From the NCBI GenBank assembly GCA_965215515.1, contig OZ244057.1, positions 1,856,001-1,920,000 of the forward strand: DNA of 64,000 nt. Direction: 5' to 3'. Source of the stretch: Oligoflexales bacterium (lineage in GTDB: Bacteria; Bdellovibrionota_B; Oligoflexia; Oligoflexales; JAPPIL01). The position numbers were made by a program, and so were the translations under genes. Within the stretch, counting starts at the first letter, position 1, and every line of letters starts with the position of its first letter. The notes beneath the pieces were generated by a model. That model made no database searches. It saw nothing but the letters and a program-made list of their open reading frames with translations, and was not told where the DNA came from. Positions 28,668 to 39,879 of the stretch are shown here, in pieces.

Positions 28668-29726
28668 TTGAAGAACTTGGTGTTATTGCTTATTCTGGGG
28701 TTAGTACCGACAAGTTGTAGTGTAGAGCACAAAGAACCCGCCGCGGCACAGCAATCGCCGCAGGGGTTACGGGCGATGCGGGGGTGGTTCACCCTGTTGA
28801 CGGAGAATGCGGCACGCAACAGTTATCGGCTGCGTAATTGGTTGTCTCTGCTGGGGCAGCGGCATGCTTACGAAATCCGTGGCGATACTTGGTTTACCTC
28901 GTCGTTGAACGGTAACTTCGCCCGCAGTCGCAGCGGGCGAGTGCGGGGCAAAACCTACAGCACTTTCGGCGAGTTCATGGCCAGCTCCGATCTCGGTTCG
29001 AAAATAAAGTACGATGTCAATCAGGATGGTTTCTTCGGTTATCATACCCCTGACAGGTTGGTGTTGGGAATTTTTGACGGCAGTAGCACGGGTGGGAGTG
29101 GAGAACTTGCCACCCAGGTGGGCATCGATACCATGCGTCGTCATCTTCCTGAACACTCGTTACCGCAAGCATTGAACGAAGTGCGCGACGAGTTGTATGT
29201 GTATGCGTCTATCCATCCGCATGTATCACGGCAGTATAGTGCTGTGGCTGCGGGGGTAGAGATCACGGGCAACACAGCCCGCATCGCCCACGCGGGTGAT
29301 GTACGTGTGTTGCACCTGCGCGATGACAGCTTGCTATTTCACACTGACGATCACAACCCTGCGTGGCGTGAGGTGATGGAAGGTCGCCTGAGTGCCCAGA
29401 AGTATCTGTCTCCGCAGGTCGATAAGAGCGGTGCTGACCGAGAGCTACGTATTCCCAGGGGTAGTGATAATGGTCGTGAGATGGTTGAAACCGCCCAGCG
29501 CCAACTAAAAAGTGGTGACACGATGGTACTGGCTTCCGATGGTGTATGGAAGGTGTGCACCATCGCTGAGATTGTGGCTTTAACGCGAGGACGCAGCACT
29601 GCGGATGCGGCTGAGGCGATCAGACGACGAGTCAGGCTACGGGTCGGCGGCGATGAGAAGGTAGATGACAATGTCACGGTAATAGTTTATCGCCACGATC
29701 CTGCGCGGCTTCTGCAAACGCTTTGA
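28668..29726 (+). CDS. Lipoprotein with PP2C-like phosphatase domain
   Basis: GGAGG before TTG 28668; lipobox VPTSC; NQD, IFDG, HAGDVR, LASDG, DDNVT. Confidence 0.75.
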   Translation: MKNLVLLLILGLVPTSCSVEHKEPAAAQQSPQGLRAMRGWFTLLTENAARNSYRLRNWLSLLGQRHAYEIRGDTWFTSSLNGNFARSRSGRVRGKTYSTFGEFMASSDLGSKIKYDVNQDGFFGYHTPDRLVLGIFDGSSTGGSGELATQVGIDTMRRHLPEHSLPQALNEVRDELYVYASIHPHVSRQYSAVAAGVEITGNTARIAHAGDVRVLHLRDDSLLFHTDDHNPAWREVMEGRLSAQKYLSPQVDKSGADRELRIPRGSDNGREMVETAQRQLKSGDTMVLASDGVWKVCTIAEIVALTRGRSTADAAEAIRRRVRLRVGGDEKVDDNVTVIVYRHDPARLLQTL

Positions 29727-29757
29727 TTTTTTTGGTAAAAATTAATACAATGGCGCG

Positions 29758-30876
29758 GTGCACTTGTACGACGTAATCATCATCGGTGGCGGGGCGATGG
29801 GTTCTGCTACCGCTCATCACTCAGCTAAGGCTGGGGCGCGGGTGTTGCTCTTGGAGCAGTTTCAGCATGGACACCAGCGAGGCAGTGCACACGGCGAGAC
29901 ACGCATCATTCAGCCAAACCACCATCGATCTTGTTACCCTCCGTTAGTGCAGGCGGCCTATACCGAATGGCGTGCTCTTGAGCGGCTCGCTCGGCGGCGG
30001 CTGTTGTTTATCGGTGGGGGTATCAGCCTGGCACCGCCAGCGCATCCAAGACTGACCGCGATGTGGGATAACCTCAGGGAGGCAGGGTTTGCTGTGGAGT
30101 GGTGGAATACGGCACAGCTTGGCCAGCGTTTCCCGCAATTTTGTCTGTCGGCGGACACGGGTATCCTGTGGCAAAAAGACTGTGGTGTGCTGCATGCTGC
30201 CGCTTGTCTGGCGGCGCATTTATATTTTGCCGAGCAGTATGGGGCCGAGATCCGTGTCGCAACTCCTGTCACTCGTCTTGATTGGCAGGGCGAGCGGGTC
30301 GCGGTGCATATTGCGGGTGAAGTTCTGCAGGCCCGTAAAGTCGTCGTCACTGCGGGGGCTTGGACGGGGCAACTGCTGGCGGAGCTCGATCTTCCGCTGA
30401 CGGTCACGCGTCAGCAGGTTGTTTACTATCAGCCCGCGGCGCAGGCTAGTTTTTCCGTGCCGAGTTTTCCTGTGTTTACCGAGATTACGGCGGAGGACGA
30501 AGTGTATTACGGTGTTCCTTTTTTTGGGGCGAAAGGGTTAAAACTAGCTCGGCATGGTGGCGGAGCGACGGTGTCACCTGACACCTGTGACCGCGCTCCT
30601 GATAAGGCATACATTACCCGTCTCGACCACCACATGCGAGCACTGCTACCTGCGTGTGGCGAGGTTGCAGACGCGGAGGTTTGTCTTTACACCGAGACAC
30701 CTGATCAGGATTTTATTATCGACCATCACCCACACTGCCCACAGGTGTTGATCGCGGCGGGTTTTTCGGGACGTGGGTTTAAATTTTCCGCCCTCATCGG
30801 GCGTATCTTGAGCGAGCTCGTGCTGCATGATGAAACTGCTTTCGACCTCAGTCCGTTTCGGATAGGAAGGTTGTAG
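29758..30876 (+). CDS. Monomeric sarcosine oxidase / N-methyl-L-tryptophan oxidase family
   Basis: GGGAMG, GSAHGETRI, CLYTETPD, GFSGRGFKF. Confidence 0.88.
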   Translation: MHLYDVIIIGGGAMGSATAHHSAKAGARVLLLEQFQHGHQRGSAHGETRIIQPNHHRSCYPPLVQAAYTEWRALERLARRRLLFIGGGISLAPPAHPRLTAMWDNLREAGFAVEWWNTAQLGQRFPQFCLSADTGILWQKDCGVLHAAACLAAHLYFAEQYGAEIRVATPVTRLDWQGERVAVHIAGEVLQARKVVVTAGAWTGQLLAELDLPLTVTRQQVVYYQPAAQASFSVPSFPVFTEITAEDEVYYGVPFFGAKGLKLARHGGGATVSPDTCDRAPDKAYITRLDHHMRALLPACGEVADAEVCLYTETPDQDFIIDHHPHCPQVLIAAGFSGRGFKFSALIGRILSELVLHDETAFDLSPFRIGRL

Positions 30877-30889
30877 AGGGAGACATGGG

Positions 30890-31468
30890 ATGGCTTTGAC
30901 TTCATCGAAGATGCTACCGCTGGCGACTCCGCTGCCTGATTTCAGTTTGACTGACCCCGCAGCCTGGCAACAGGTGGACAGGAGTATCGTGCCTGCTGCG
31001 GCTGAAGGGGTGTTGGTGGCGATAATCTGCAATCACTGCCCGTATGTGCAACATCTGCGCCCGCAGTTAGCGAAGCTGTGCGCGAGTTATCGTGAGCGTA
31101 TCTTCACGTTAGCCGTCAGTGCTAACGACAGCAAGCGTTATCCTGAGGACGGGCCGCGGCAGATGCTGGCGTGCAAGGAGGAGTTTGCTTTTACCTTTCC
31201 GTATCTGTGGGATAAGGAGCAGAAGTTCGTCAAGCGATTGTGCGCGGTGTGCACACCAGAGTTTTATCTGTTCGATGGCAACCGTCTGCTTGTTTATCGC
31301 GGTCGTTTCGATGCCTCCCGCCCTAGCCGCGCTGTGCCCGTCGATGGCAAAGATCTGCGGCTGGCAATAGAGAATTTGCTGAACGGGAAAGAACCGCTTG
31401 CCGACCAGCAACCGAGTGTCGGCTGCAGTATCAAGTGGTTGGACGGCAACGCTCCCGATTACGGGTGA
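30890..31468 (+). CDS. Thioredoxin/AhpC-TSA family protein
   Basis: CNHCPYV, AVCTPEFYLFD, YRGRFD, SVGCSIKW. Confidence 0.9.
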   Translation: MALTSSKMLPLATPLPDFSLTDPAAWQQVDRSIVPAAAEGVLVAIICNHCPYVQHLRPQLAKLCASYRERIFTLAVSANDSKRYPEDGPRQMLACKEEFAFTFPYLWDKEQKFVKRLCAVCTPEFYLFDGNRLLVYRGRFDASRPSRAVPVDGKDLRLAIENLLNGKEPLADQQPSVGCSIKWLDGNAPDYG

Positions 31469-31677
31469 GTATTGCGGTGAACGAGCGCAAGGTCGTCAGT
31501 TTCAAGGAAGCTAAAAAACGCCGCCGCGCGCGCAAGGTTGCAGCTTTGCCGCGGGCGCAGCCATCCCCGCACCGATACAAGTCGTGGGGGTGGAAGTTAC
31601 TCCAGGCTGTGCAGGTGGTGTTATTCTTGGTAATTCTAGCGCTGTTCATCAAGCTTTGTCACGGCGGCAGTATCTGA
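31465..31677 (+). CDS. Small membrane protein
   Basis: GTGA overlap with upstream stop; basic N-terminus and one hydrophobic helix. Confidence 0.5.
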   Translation: MSIAVNERKVVSFKEAKKRRRARKVAALPRAQPSPHRYKSWGWKLLQAVQVVLFLVILALFIKLCHGGSI

Positions 31678-31714
31678 ATAACAAAGCAAAGCCCGCGCGA
31701 CCCGCCTAGGTGTT

Positions 31715-32854
31715 TTAGATTTTGCGCACTTCGTTTTTGATCTTAGCCGCCATCTGGCGCGGCACATAAATCTCATAATACGGCGGTAACTTCACGAAAC
31801 GCCTGGAAGTGAAGGCACGTGAGCTAAGACAGGGATTGTATTTACCTAAAGTGCTCTTGTCTAAAGAGGTTTTTTTAATCAAACTAGCGGTGGAAATTTT
31901 TTTGGGGAGACGCACTGCTACTAACGGAACAGGTTGATGACGTTTGCCGTCCACAAGCTTGTGATAAACTTTATTGGCAGCAAGATACTCGCTGTAAAAA
32001 TTACGCCCCGCAAAACCAAAAGTTTTCGCACGATAATTAGCGATAATAACATTGAGATCACTGGTTTTGAGCTCACGCACCGCACGCTTAATGCTGCCTG
32101 CACCCTGATTGTAAGCCGTCACTGCCAGAGGCCACGTGCCGAGATAACGATAATTGCGACGCAACAACTTCGCCGCGGCACGTGTCGCCTTCAAAGGAGA
32201 AATGCGTTCATCAACCAATCTGTTAAGATGCAAAAACTCCCGTGCCGTGTGCGGCATAAACTGCCAAACCCCCGCCGCTCCTGCTTTGGAACGAGCTTTG
32301 TGATTGAACATCGACTCCACGAAAGTCATGCGCACCAACTCCTTAGGGACACGATGCTGCTGGAAGATTTCTTCCATGTGCGCCATAAACGGCTGCGCCC
32401 TCCCTATGGCAGAGACGTACGTATCACGCAAACCAGACTGTGACCGCAGACGCACCCTGCCCTGCAATAAACGGGTAAGATCATGACGATAAACCTCATA
32501 CAGCCGCTGCTCGATTGCCCCAAACTTGCGTGCCGCAAGACGATGCTCCTTAAACCGTCGCAGAGCTTTGCGATAACGCTCGACATACTTGTGGGCAACC
32601 TTCTGGCGCTGCGACCAAGAAGGCACGGTGCGATACGGTGCACGACGAAAATCAATAACATCCACAATCATCTGCACCCGCCGCGTATCGTGCACCAAGG
32701 TAACGGTTGACTCGTACTGCTCGAAAATAGCCGCCCAAAACCTCGCCTTCTCGGCCACCAGCCCACGCGCAGGAAAACGCGGTCCAAAGAGAAAACCCTG
32801 CGCAACCGCAGCAGGCAACAACAACAAACAAATAACTGTTTTCATGCGTGCCAT
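31715..32854 (-). CDS. Lytic transglycosylase (MltD-like SLT domain)
   Basis: VESMF, SKAGAAGVWQFMP, LAVTAYN. Confidence 0.88.
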   Translation of the reverse strand: MARMKTVICLLLLPAAVAQGFLFGPRFPARGLVAEKARFWAAIFEQYESTVTLVHDTRRVQMIVDVIDFRRAPYRTVPSWSQRQKVAHKYVERYRKALRRFKEHRLAARKFGAIEQRLYEVYRHDLTRLLQGRVRLRSQSGLRDTYVSAIGRAQPFMAHMEEIFQQHRVPKELVRMTFVESMFNHKARSKAGAAGVWQFMPHTAREFLHLNRLVDERISPLKATRAAAKLLRRNYRYLGTWPLAVTAYNQGAGSIKRAVRELKTSDLNVIIANYRAKTFGFAGRNFYSEYLAANKVYHKLVDGKRHQPVPLVAVRLPKKISTASLIKKTSLDKSTLGKYNPCLSSRAFTSRRFVKLPPYYEIYVPRQMAAKIKNEVRKI

Positions 32855-32876
32855 TCCTATGCTACAACTCCAGCCG

Positions 32877-32950
32877 CGGGGTGTGGCGCAGCCAGGTAGC
32901 GTACACGTCTGGGGGGCGTGTGGTCGCTGGTTCGAATCCAGTCACCCCGA
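32877..32950 (+). tRNA. tRNA-Pro (GGG), CCA not encoded
   Basis: Acceptor CGGGGTG/CACCCCG; anticodon arm CACGT-CTGGGGG-GCGTG; T loop GGTTCGAATCC. Confidence 0.95.
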
Positions 32951-32952
32951 TT

Positions 32953-34215
32953 TTAGTTACGACAACAGACAACGAAGACAAACTGACCGCCCTCATGATC
33001 AAGACTCACTAACCCGCGATAAAAATCATAACTGCCACCCGTCACCTGATAGACTTTCTCTTGCGCCACATCGTTGAGCGTGCCACTAATCCGTGCGGGG
33101 AAAACTACCTCCGCCTGCTGTGCCACACCATTATGCACCTGTAACTCAACCCCGAACTGCGCCCGCTGCCTACTCCCCCGCAAGCTCGGCACAAGCACCG
33201 CACCTACCTCAAGACGAGGGAACTTCTGACGCTTAAGAAAAATCTGACCGATTCTTCCATAGACTTTCGAATACCACACCCCGCCGATACCACGCCTATC
33301 CCACCTATTGAGCAACATAAACGCCTCGCTCTCTCCCTCATTGCCAAGCAACAACGGAGTCACGCCCCGCATAACCGCACGTCCCACACGATGCCGATAA
33401 ACAATAAACTCCTCGTCTCGCGGCGCACCAAAAAACAACGTGCTGACCGCAGTCGTAGTGCCTGACTCCCTGTCTTCCAGAAAAGCTACCCGCACATACT
33501 GAAAAGCATGCAAACGCTCGTGATGCAACACCCCATAATAGACACCAAAACGATCGATGCTGGCGTAGCTAACATCAAAAAGATTTTTTTGCAGCAGATT
33601 TTTAGAAGTATTCAACAAACCAGCTTCACTCTTCTCCACCAGCTGTTCCGTAAACACCTGGTGTGGAAACTCTGTGTGTGGTAGCCTAAAATCAGGCAAT
33701 GCCAACGGTCGTTGTGCCACAGGTAATGGCAAACTAAAATCGGTACGTGCACGCCTATACAAACGTAACTGCCCCTGCCCAAAACCATACACCACCACAT
33801 ACGCCTCTATCTCATCCTGATCCCATCTACCCTTCTTTACCACACGAATTTGCTGTTTCTTTTGCTCAAAACTCAACTGCTTATCATGCAAGATAATACG
33901 ATCATAGTAGGACGAAATAACCCGATAAGGCGCATCCTTATCCTGTGCCGCGGCGTAAACACGCAGCACACCAGCCAACTCCTGATGCCCATCCTCCTCA
34001 CTCCTCACCACCAAGTCTAACAAGGCGGGAAAACTTTTTTTCAAACGATCGTTCTGAAAAATCCCGACATAATGACTGCTGTGCAAATCTTGCACGTCAA
34101 TCAAGGGAAGAGGCTCAACTGGCGACACAGGTGCTTCTACCTGCTGAACGGTTGTTACACACGCAAGAGGCAAAAAAACAACCGATAGCCAAAGAAACCA
34201 CATCGCCACCCCCAT
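32953..34215 (-). CDS. Hypothetical lipoprotein
   Basis: Lipobox-like PLAC; 420-aa ORF directly after sucA. Confidence 0.65.
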   Translation of the reverse strand: MGVAMWFLWLSVVFLPLACVTTVQQVEAPVSPVEPLPLIDVQDLHSSHYVGIFQNDRLKKSFPALLDLVVRSEEDGHQELAGVLRVYAAAQDKDAPYRVISSYYDRIILHDKQLSFEQKKQQIRVVKKGRWDQDEIEAYVVVYGFGQGQLRLYRRARTDFSLPLPVAQRPLALPDFRLPHTEFPHQVFTEQLVEKSEAGLLNTSKNLLQKNLFDVSYASIDRFGVYYGVLHHERLHAFQYVRVAFLEDRESGTTTAVSTLFFGAPRDEEFIVYRHRVGRAVMRGVTPLLLGNEGESEAFMLLNRWDRRGIGGVWYSKVYGRIGQIFLKRQKFPRLEVGAVLVPSLRGSRQRAQFGVELQVHNGVAQQAEVVFPARISGTLNDVAQEKVYQVTGGSYDFYRGLVSLDHEGGQFVFVVCCRN

Positions 34216-34217
34216 AC

Positions 34218-36887
34218 CTACGCAAACGCACTATCGACAATACGCCGCTGTGCAATCGTATGCGCTCTCATATACCCTTCGGCAGTCGTGCCAGAAGTTT
34301 TACGCCCAACGTAACGTAATTTAAATTTAGACAGGCAGGCTCGTAACCGCGGGCGGATAAAACTCCACGCCCCCATGTTCTGCGGCTCTTCCTGCACCCA
34401 CAGCAGCTCCTCAACCTGAGGATAGGAATTTATTATGGACAAAAAATTTTTTTCAGGAAACGGATACAGTTGTTCAAACCTCACTAAGGCAGTGTCGCTT
34501 AGTTTTAATTCAGCACGCCGCGCAGCTAATTCATAGAAAATTTTGCCGCTGCACATCAGAACACGAGTCACCTTGTCTGCTGCTACTGCGCGATCAGCGA
34601 TTACTTCCTGAAACGTGTGTCCTGACGTGAACATTGCGGGTACACAGCTGACCTGAGGATGGCGCAATAAACTCTTGGGACTCATAATAATCAACGGTTT
34701 TTGCCCCTCACGCAACACCTGTCGTCGCAAAAGATGAAAATATTGTGCAGCAGTAGTGGGAATCGCCACTTGCATATTGCCATTGCCACACAGCTGTAAA
34801 AACCTTTCGGGACGCGCATTGGAATGTTCAGGCCCCATACCCTCGTAACCGTGCGGCAGTAACATTACCAGTGCCGAACACTGCCGCCACTTCGCTTCCG
34901 ACGCGGCAATAAACTGATCGATAATTATCTGCGCTCCATTAGCAAAATCACCGAACTGTGCTTCCCACATGATTAAGGCCTGCGTATCGACAATCGAATA
35001 ACCAAACTCAAAACCAAGTGCTCCAAACTCCGACAGCGGACTGTTGACAACCTCCACTCTATCACCATAGGCACTGAATACCGACCAGGGCATACCATCC
35101 TTGACATCGACCGCCACGGCATGCCGACTGCTAAACGTACCCCGCTGACAATCTTGCCCCGCTAAACGCACATGCCGTCCCGCGCTTGCCAGTGTCGCCA
35201 TCGCCAACAATTCCGCCGTCGCCCAATCTATCTTACCCGCCGCCATCGCCTGACGCTGCGTAAAAATACGAGCAATTTTAGGATGTAAATTAAATTGTGG
35301 AGGCGGGGTCGTAATCGTTTGCAAAGTAGTAGCAAGCAATTCTGCCTGCACTGCGGTATCCACCTGCGAGATGTTTTTTTTGTTTTTGGGCTGCATATTG
35401 CCTGCCGCGGCGGGTTTCTTGACCAGCTTGTGTGCCTTTTCTAGCTCAGCTTTGTAAATGTTTTTCTCGCGATCAAAATCTTCTCCGCTGATAACACCTT
35501 GTGCTAACAACTGCTGGTGATAAATTTCTAAAACACGCGGGTGAGCGGCGATCTGTTGATACATCAACGGTTGGGTGAAAGCAGGCTCGTCGCCTTCGTT
35601 GTGCCCATGGCGACGATAACCGACAATGTCTATCACCACATCGCTGGCAAACTGCTGACGATACGCCAACGCCAGCTGTGCCGTCCATACCGCCGCTTCA
35701 GGATCATCGGCATTGACATGAAACACAGGAGCACGAATGGCCTTGACAATATCCGAACAGTAGTCGGTTGAACGTGCTTGACGTTGATCGGTAGTGAAAC
35801 CGATTTGGTTATCGATGATAATATGAATCGTGCCTCCCGTGTTATATGCGTCGAGTTTAGAAAAGTTGAGCGTCTCGAACACCACCCCTTGCCCTGTGAA
35901 CGAGGCATCGCCATGAATTAAGACAGGCAACACTTGCCTTGCCCCTCGCACCCGCTGTCGCCCTCGCACATAACCTTCTAAGACAGGGTTGACCGCTTCC
36001 AGATGACTAGGGTTAGGCAACAAACACAGATCGAGCTGTCGTTCGCCTACCCCTACCTTTGCCTCAAAACCAAGATGGTATTTAACATCACCGTCGATAT
36101 CGAACGAGTAACTGCTACTGCCTTCAAATTCCGTAAAGATATGGGCAAGATCTTTTTGCATAAAATTCGCTAAGACATTCAAACGCCCGCGATGTGCCAT
36201 GCCAATGCATATCTCAGCAATCTCACTTTCAACTGCCTGTGCCGACAAAAAATCAAGCAGAGGAATTAAAACATCACAACCTTCCAACGAGAAACGTTTT
36301 TGTCCTAAATAACGAGTGTGCAAGAAACGTTCGAACCCTTCCGCCGCCACAAGTTTGCGCATAATTTGTAACCGCTGTGGGCGCGTGAAAGAAGGACGAC
36401 CGAGATTTTTTTCTATTCTGCGTCCAATCCATACGACACGCTCTTCGTTGTTTATCTCCATAAAGTCTACCCCGATTGCCCCGCAATAACTGCGATCGAG
36501 GACATCGACAATCTCACTTAACGTAGCCGATGCCACCCCCGCTAAATCGGCAGGATAGAAAACATGGGCAACATCGACCGCATCGAGTTCGTAGGCATGT
36601 AAATCGAGATGTGCCTTGTATCTGTCGTAACGCTGGAGCGGATTGCGGCGGGCATAAAGATGCCCGCGGCGGCGAAAATGATTGACCATCGCCTCCACCC
36701 GAGCACTGTCGTGGTGGTCACGGGCTACTACAGACCCGTCAGGAGACAGCGCACCAGCGCGGTACTGGGCAAAATTTTTGAAAAAACGCTGCCACTCAGG
36801 GGTCAGTGCCGCGGCATCACGGCAATACAATTCGTATAAATTTTCGAGATAAGACAGGTTATGGCATAGAAGATTCAAATCTTGCAT
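34218..36887 (-). CDS. sucA: 2-oxoglutarate dehydrogenase E1
   Basis: KRFSLEG, GMAHRGRLN, GDVKYHLG, NPSHLE, HGDA, WEAQFGDFAN, LLPHGYEG. Confidence 0.95.
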   Translation of the reverse strand: MQDLNLLCHNLSYLENLYELYCRDAAALTPEWQRFFKNFAQYRAGALSPDGSVVARDHHDSARVEAMVNHFRRRGHLYARRNPLQRYDRYKAHLDLHAYELDAVDVAHVFYPADLAGVASATLSEIVDVLDRSYCGAIGVDFMEINNEERVVWIGRRIEKNLGRPSFTRPQRLQIMRKLVAAEGFERFLHTRYLGQKRFSLEGCDVLIPLLDFLSAQAVESEIAEICIGMAHRGRLNVLANFMQKDLAHIFTEFEGSSSYSFDIDGDVKYHLGFEAKVGVGERQLDLCLLPNPSHLEAVNPVLEGYVRGRQRVRGARQVLPVLIHGDASFTGQGVVFETLNFSKLDAYNTGGTIHIIIDNQIGFTTDQRQARSTDYCSDIVKAIRAPVFHVNADDPEAAVWTAQLALAYRQQFASDVVIDIVGYRRHGHNEGDEPAFTQPLMYQQIAAHPRVLEIYHQQLLAQGVISGEDFDREKNIYKAELEKAHKLVKKPAAAGNMQPKNKKNISQVDTAVQAELLATTLQTITTPPPQFNLHPKIARIFTQRQAMAAGKIDWATAELLAMATLASAGRHVRLAGQDCQRGTFSSRHAVAVDVKDGMPWSVFSAYGDRVEVVNSPLSEFGALGFEFGYSIVDTQALIMWEAQFGDFANGAQIIIDQFIAASEAKWRQCSALVMLLPHGYEGMGPEHSNARPERFLQLCGNGNMQVAIPTTAAQYFHLLRRQVLREGQKPLIIMSPKSLLRHPQVSCVPAMFTSGHTFQEVIADRAVAADKVTRVLMCSGKIFYELAARRAELKLSDTALVRFEQLYPFPEKNFLSIINSYPQVEELLWVQEEPQNMGAWSFIRPRLRACLSKFKLRYVGRKTSGTTAEGYMRAHTIAQRRIVDSAFA

Positions 36888-36900
36888 CACGCCTCTCACA

Positions 36901-38286
36901 TCACAGATGCACCGCCCGTCCCGCAATACCCAACGCCGCTTCTTTGCTCGCCTCCGCCAGAGTGGGGTGTGCGTGCACGGTGCGCGCCACATCCTCGCTG
37001 CTGGCACGATACTCACGCGCCAGCGCTAACTCGGCGATCAACTCCGAAGCTTGTGCCCCGACGATATGCGCTCCTAGCATCTCATCGCTGCTGGTCGCAG
37101 CGACGATTTTGACAAATCCCTCGCTGTGCCCCGCAGCCAACGCACGCCCGTTAGCACTGAAAGGAAACTTACTCTCCTTCACCTGCACTCCCTGTGCCTG
37201 TGCTTGCGCCGCCGTCATGCCTAACCCTGCCACCTCGGGAAACGTGTAGACCACTGTGGGCACGGCATCGTAGTTGACATGCCCTGCCTGCCCCGCAATG
37301 TTCTCCGCCACCGCGACACCTTCTTCCTCGGCTTTATGGGCGAGCATCGCACCACCGATCACATCACCGATGGCATAGATACCCTCCACCGCGGTACGCC
37401 ACTGTCCATCGACGACTATCGTTCCACGTGCGTTGCAGCGCACGCCTACGTCGGCAAGTCCAAGCTCTGCCGTGTACGCCTGCCGTCCCACCGCAACCAG
37501 CACCTTGTCGAAATCCTGTTGCTGCTCGCCGTAGGTGAGGGTAACGCTGTCTTTGTGCACGGTAGCGGCGGTAAGTGTGGTGTTGAGGTGGAAGTGCACA
37601 CCTTGCTGGCGCATAATCGTCGCGATCGTCGCGGCACAGTCGCTATCCATCGCACCGAGTACCTGCGGTTGTGCTTCGATGATGGTGACCACACTGCCAA
37701 GTCTACTCCAGATACTAGCCATCTCCAAACCGATCACACCGCCGCCGATGACAGCCAGACTGGCGGGAACACGGGTGAAGGCCAGCGCTTCTGTCGAAGA
37801 GACGATATGCTTACCGTCGTATGGCGCGCTGTCGATAGCTATCGGGCTACTGCCCGTGGCGATGACGATGTGAGGCGCGGCGAGTGTTTGCTTACCGACT
37901 TGTAGTTTGTGAGGTGCGATAAATTTTGCCTGCCCGTGTACGACGTTGATGTTATTTTTTTGCATCAGATGGGCAATACCGCGGATTAATTTTTGCACTA
38001 CCCGCTCTTTACGCTGCTGCAAACGAGCGAGGTCGAGTTTGAGTTGGGAGCAGACAAGACCGTGCGCCGCAAAATCATGTTGCGCGGTGTAATAGAGATG
38101 CGACGATTCCAGCAGTGCCTTGCTGGGAATACAGCCGACGTTGAGGCATGTGCCTCCCAAAGCGGCACGGCTGTCGATAAGGCAGACCCGTAAGCCCAAT
38201 TGTGCGGCACGAACAGCACATACGTACCCGCCAGGGCCAGCTCCGATGACGATAAGATCGCAATTGCTCACCGCAGCAGTCCTCAT
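36901..38286 (-). CDS. lpdA: Dihydrolipoyl dehydrogenase
   Basis: [27 protein letters not shown]. Confidence 0.95.
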   Translation of the reverse strand: MRTAAVSNCDLIVIGAGPGGYVCAVRAAQLGLRVCLIDSRAALGGTCLNVGCIPSKALLESSHLYYTAQHDFAAHGLVCSQLKLDLARLQQRKERVVQKLIRGIAHLMQKNNINVVHGQAKFIAPHKLQVGKQTLAAPHIVIATGSSPIAIDSAPYDGKHIVSSTEALAFTRVPASLAVIGGGVIGLEMASIWSRLGSVVTIIEAQPQVLGAMDSDCAATIATIMRQQGVHFHLNTTLTAATVHKDSVTLTYGEQQQDFDKVLVAVGRQAYTAELGLADVGVRCNARGTIVVDGQWRTAVEGIYAIGDVIGGAMLAHKAEEEGVAVAENIAGQAGHVNYDAVPTVVYTFPEVAGLGMTAAQAQAQGVQVKESKFPFSANGRALAAGHSEGFVKIVAATSSDEMLGAHIVGAQASELIAELALAREYRASSEDVARTVHAHPTLAEASKEAALGIAGRAVHL

Positions 38287-39479
38287 ACCTTAAGCAAGAA
38301 GCGCATCGGATCTTCAAGCAATTCCTTCACCCGCACCAAAAATCCCACCGCTTGTTTGCCATCGGCAATGCGATGGTCGTAGGACAAGGCAACGTACATC
38401 ATGGGGGCGACGATAATCTGGTCATCAGCCGCAACGATGGGGCGTTTAGTTATCTTGTGCATCCCGAGAATGCCACTTTGTGGGGGATTGAGAATGGGGG
38501 TAGAGAGCAGCGAACCGAACACTCCGCCGTTAGAAATAGTAAACGTACCGCCTTGCATGTCATCGATGCTGATTTTGTTGGCACGTGCTTTACTGGCGTA
38601 GGCAGCGATCTGTGTCTCGATCATGTGCAGCGGCAAAGACTCGATACGTTTGATGACGGGCACTACCAAGCCGCGTGGCGTGGAGACGGCGATACCCATA
38701 TTGACATAATCGTGATAGATGATGTCGTGGTTATCCACAAAGGCGTTCAGTGCGCTGAATTCCTGCAACGCCTGCGCGCACGCCAGACAGAAGAACCCCA
38801 TGAAACCGAGATTGATGTCGTAGCGGCGTTTGAAGGTGTCCTGGTAACGTTGCCGACAGGTGACGACAGCACGCAGGTCGATTTCGTTGAAGGTAGTAAG
38901 CATCGCGGTGTCGTTGCGTGCCGCGACCAAGCGGGTGGCAATCTGTCGCCGCAACATCGACATCGGGACACGCCGCTCGCCCTTGTCAGAAGCAGAGCTG
39001 GACACGGGAGTAGGACTGGGTGCGGAGGCGGGGAGCACGTCTTGTTTTAACAAACGCCCGTCCTTGCCCGTGCCTTGCAGTTGTGTAGGGTCGAGTTGTT
39101 GTTCGCTGACGATGCGACGTACGGCGGGACTGAGCTTGGGTGCTGGCGTTGACGGAGGAGCACTTGTCGGGGGGGGGTTGCTTTGCGCTGCGGGAGATGG
39201 CTTGGGTTTGTTTTTTTTCTTGCTCCGCTGCCGCACGGGGGTGTGGCTGTCGTCGATAGTGGCGAGCACTTCACCGACCGCGACGGTGTCGCCTGCTTGT
39301 TTGAAAATGCTGAGCACACCGCTGTTTTCCGCCACTACTTCGACGGTTGCCTTGTCGGTTTCCAGTTCGACCAGCACATCGTCTGTCTTTACCTGTTCGC
39401 CGTCTTGTTTGAGCCATCTATGTACCATACCTTCGCGCACCGATTCGCCGACTGAGGGCACAACGATGTCAACCTTCAC
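38283..39479 (-). CDS. sucB: Dihydrolipoamide succinyltransferase E2
   Basis: Lipoyl [29 protein letters not shown]. Confidence 0.95.
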   Translation of the reverse strand: MKVDIVVPSVGESVREGMVHRWLKQDGEQVKTDDVLVELETDKATVEVVAENSGVLSIFKQAGDTVAVGEVLATIDDSHTPVRQRSKKKNKPKPSPAAQSNPPPTSAPPSTPAPKLSPAVRRIVSEQQLDPTQLQGTGKDGRLLKQDVLPASAPSPTPVSSSASDKGERRVPMSMLRRQIATRLVAARNDTAMLTTFNEIDLRAVVTCRQRYQDTFKRRYDINLGFMGFFCLACAQALQEFSALNAFVDNHDIIYHDYVNMGIAVSTPRGLVVPVIKRIESLPLHMIETQIAAYASKARANKISIDDMQGGTFTISNGGVFGSLLSTPILNPPQSGILGMHKITKRPIVAADDQIIVAPMMYVALSYDHRIADGKQAVGFLVRVKELLEDPMRFLLKV

Positions 39480-39497
39480 GCAGTCCTCCAGATAGTG

Positions 39498-39869
39498 TTA
39501 CGGCGATGGTATCCCGTCGATGTAAGGATTTTCGTAAAAAACGTAGGTCGTGGAATAGTCGCTGATTTCAAAATACAGTTTGCGTTCTTTTTCATCGACA
39601 AGGTAGTTTTGATTCAAATCCAACACACCATAGCCATAGCGGTAGGGGCGGGAGATGTTGCCGCCTGAAGTCGACTCGGCGGTGGAAATCTTATCGATCT
39701 TGATGAAGCGATAGGCAACTTTGCCGCCGTTAAGGATATCGAGCACGCCGTTCGCTCCCGTCCAGTTTTGGATGCTGCGGGAAATGCGGTTCTGCTGTTC
39801 CTGTGTGCAGGAGAGCACAAGGTGCGTACAGCAAAACAGCAAAAGGTAGAGTAGGGTGTGCACATTCAC
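39498..39869 (-). CDS. Hypothetical lipoprotein
   Basis: Leader ending VLSC; start uncertain within ORF 39498..40034. Confidence 0.6.
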   Translation of the reverse strand: MNVHTLLYLLLFCCTHLVLSCTQEQQNRISRSIQNWTGANGVLDILNGGKVAYRFIKIDKISTAESTSGGNISRPYRYGYGVLDLNQNYLVDEKERKLYFEISDYSTTYVFYENPYIDGIPSP

Positions 39870-39879
39870 CTTCGGGTAG

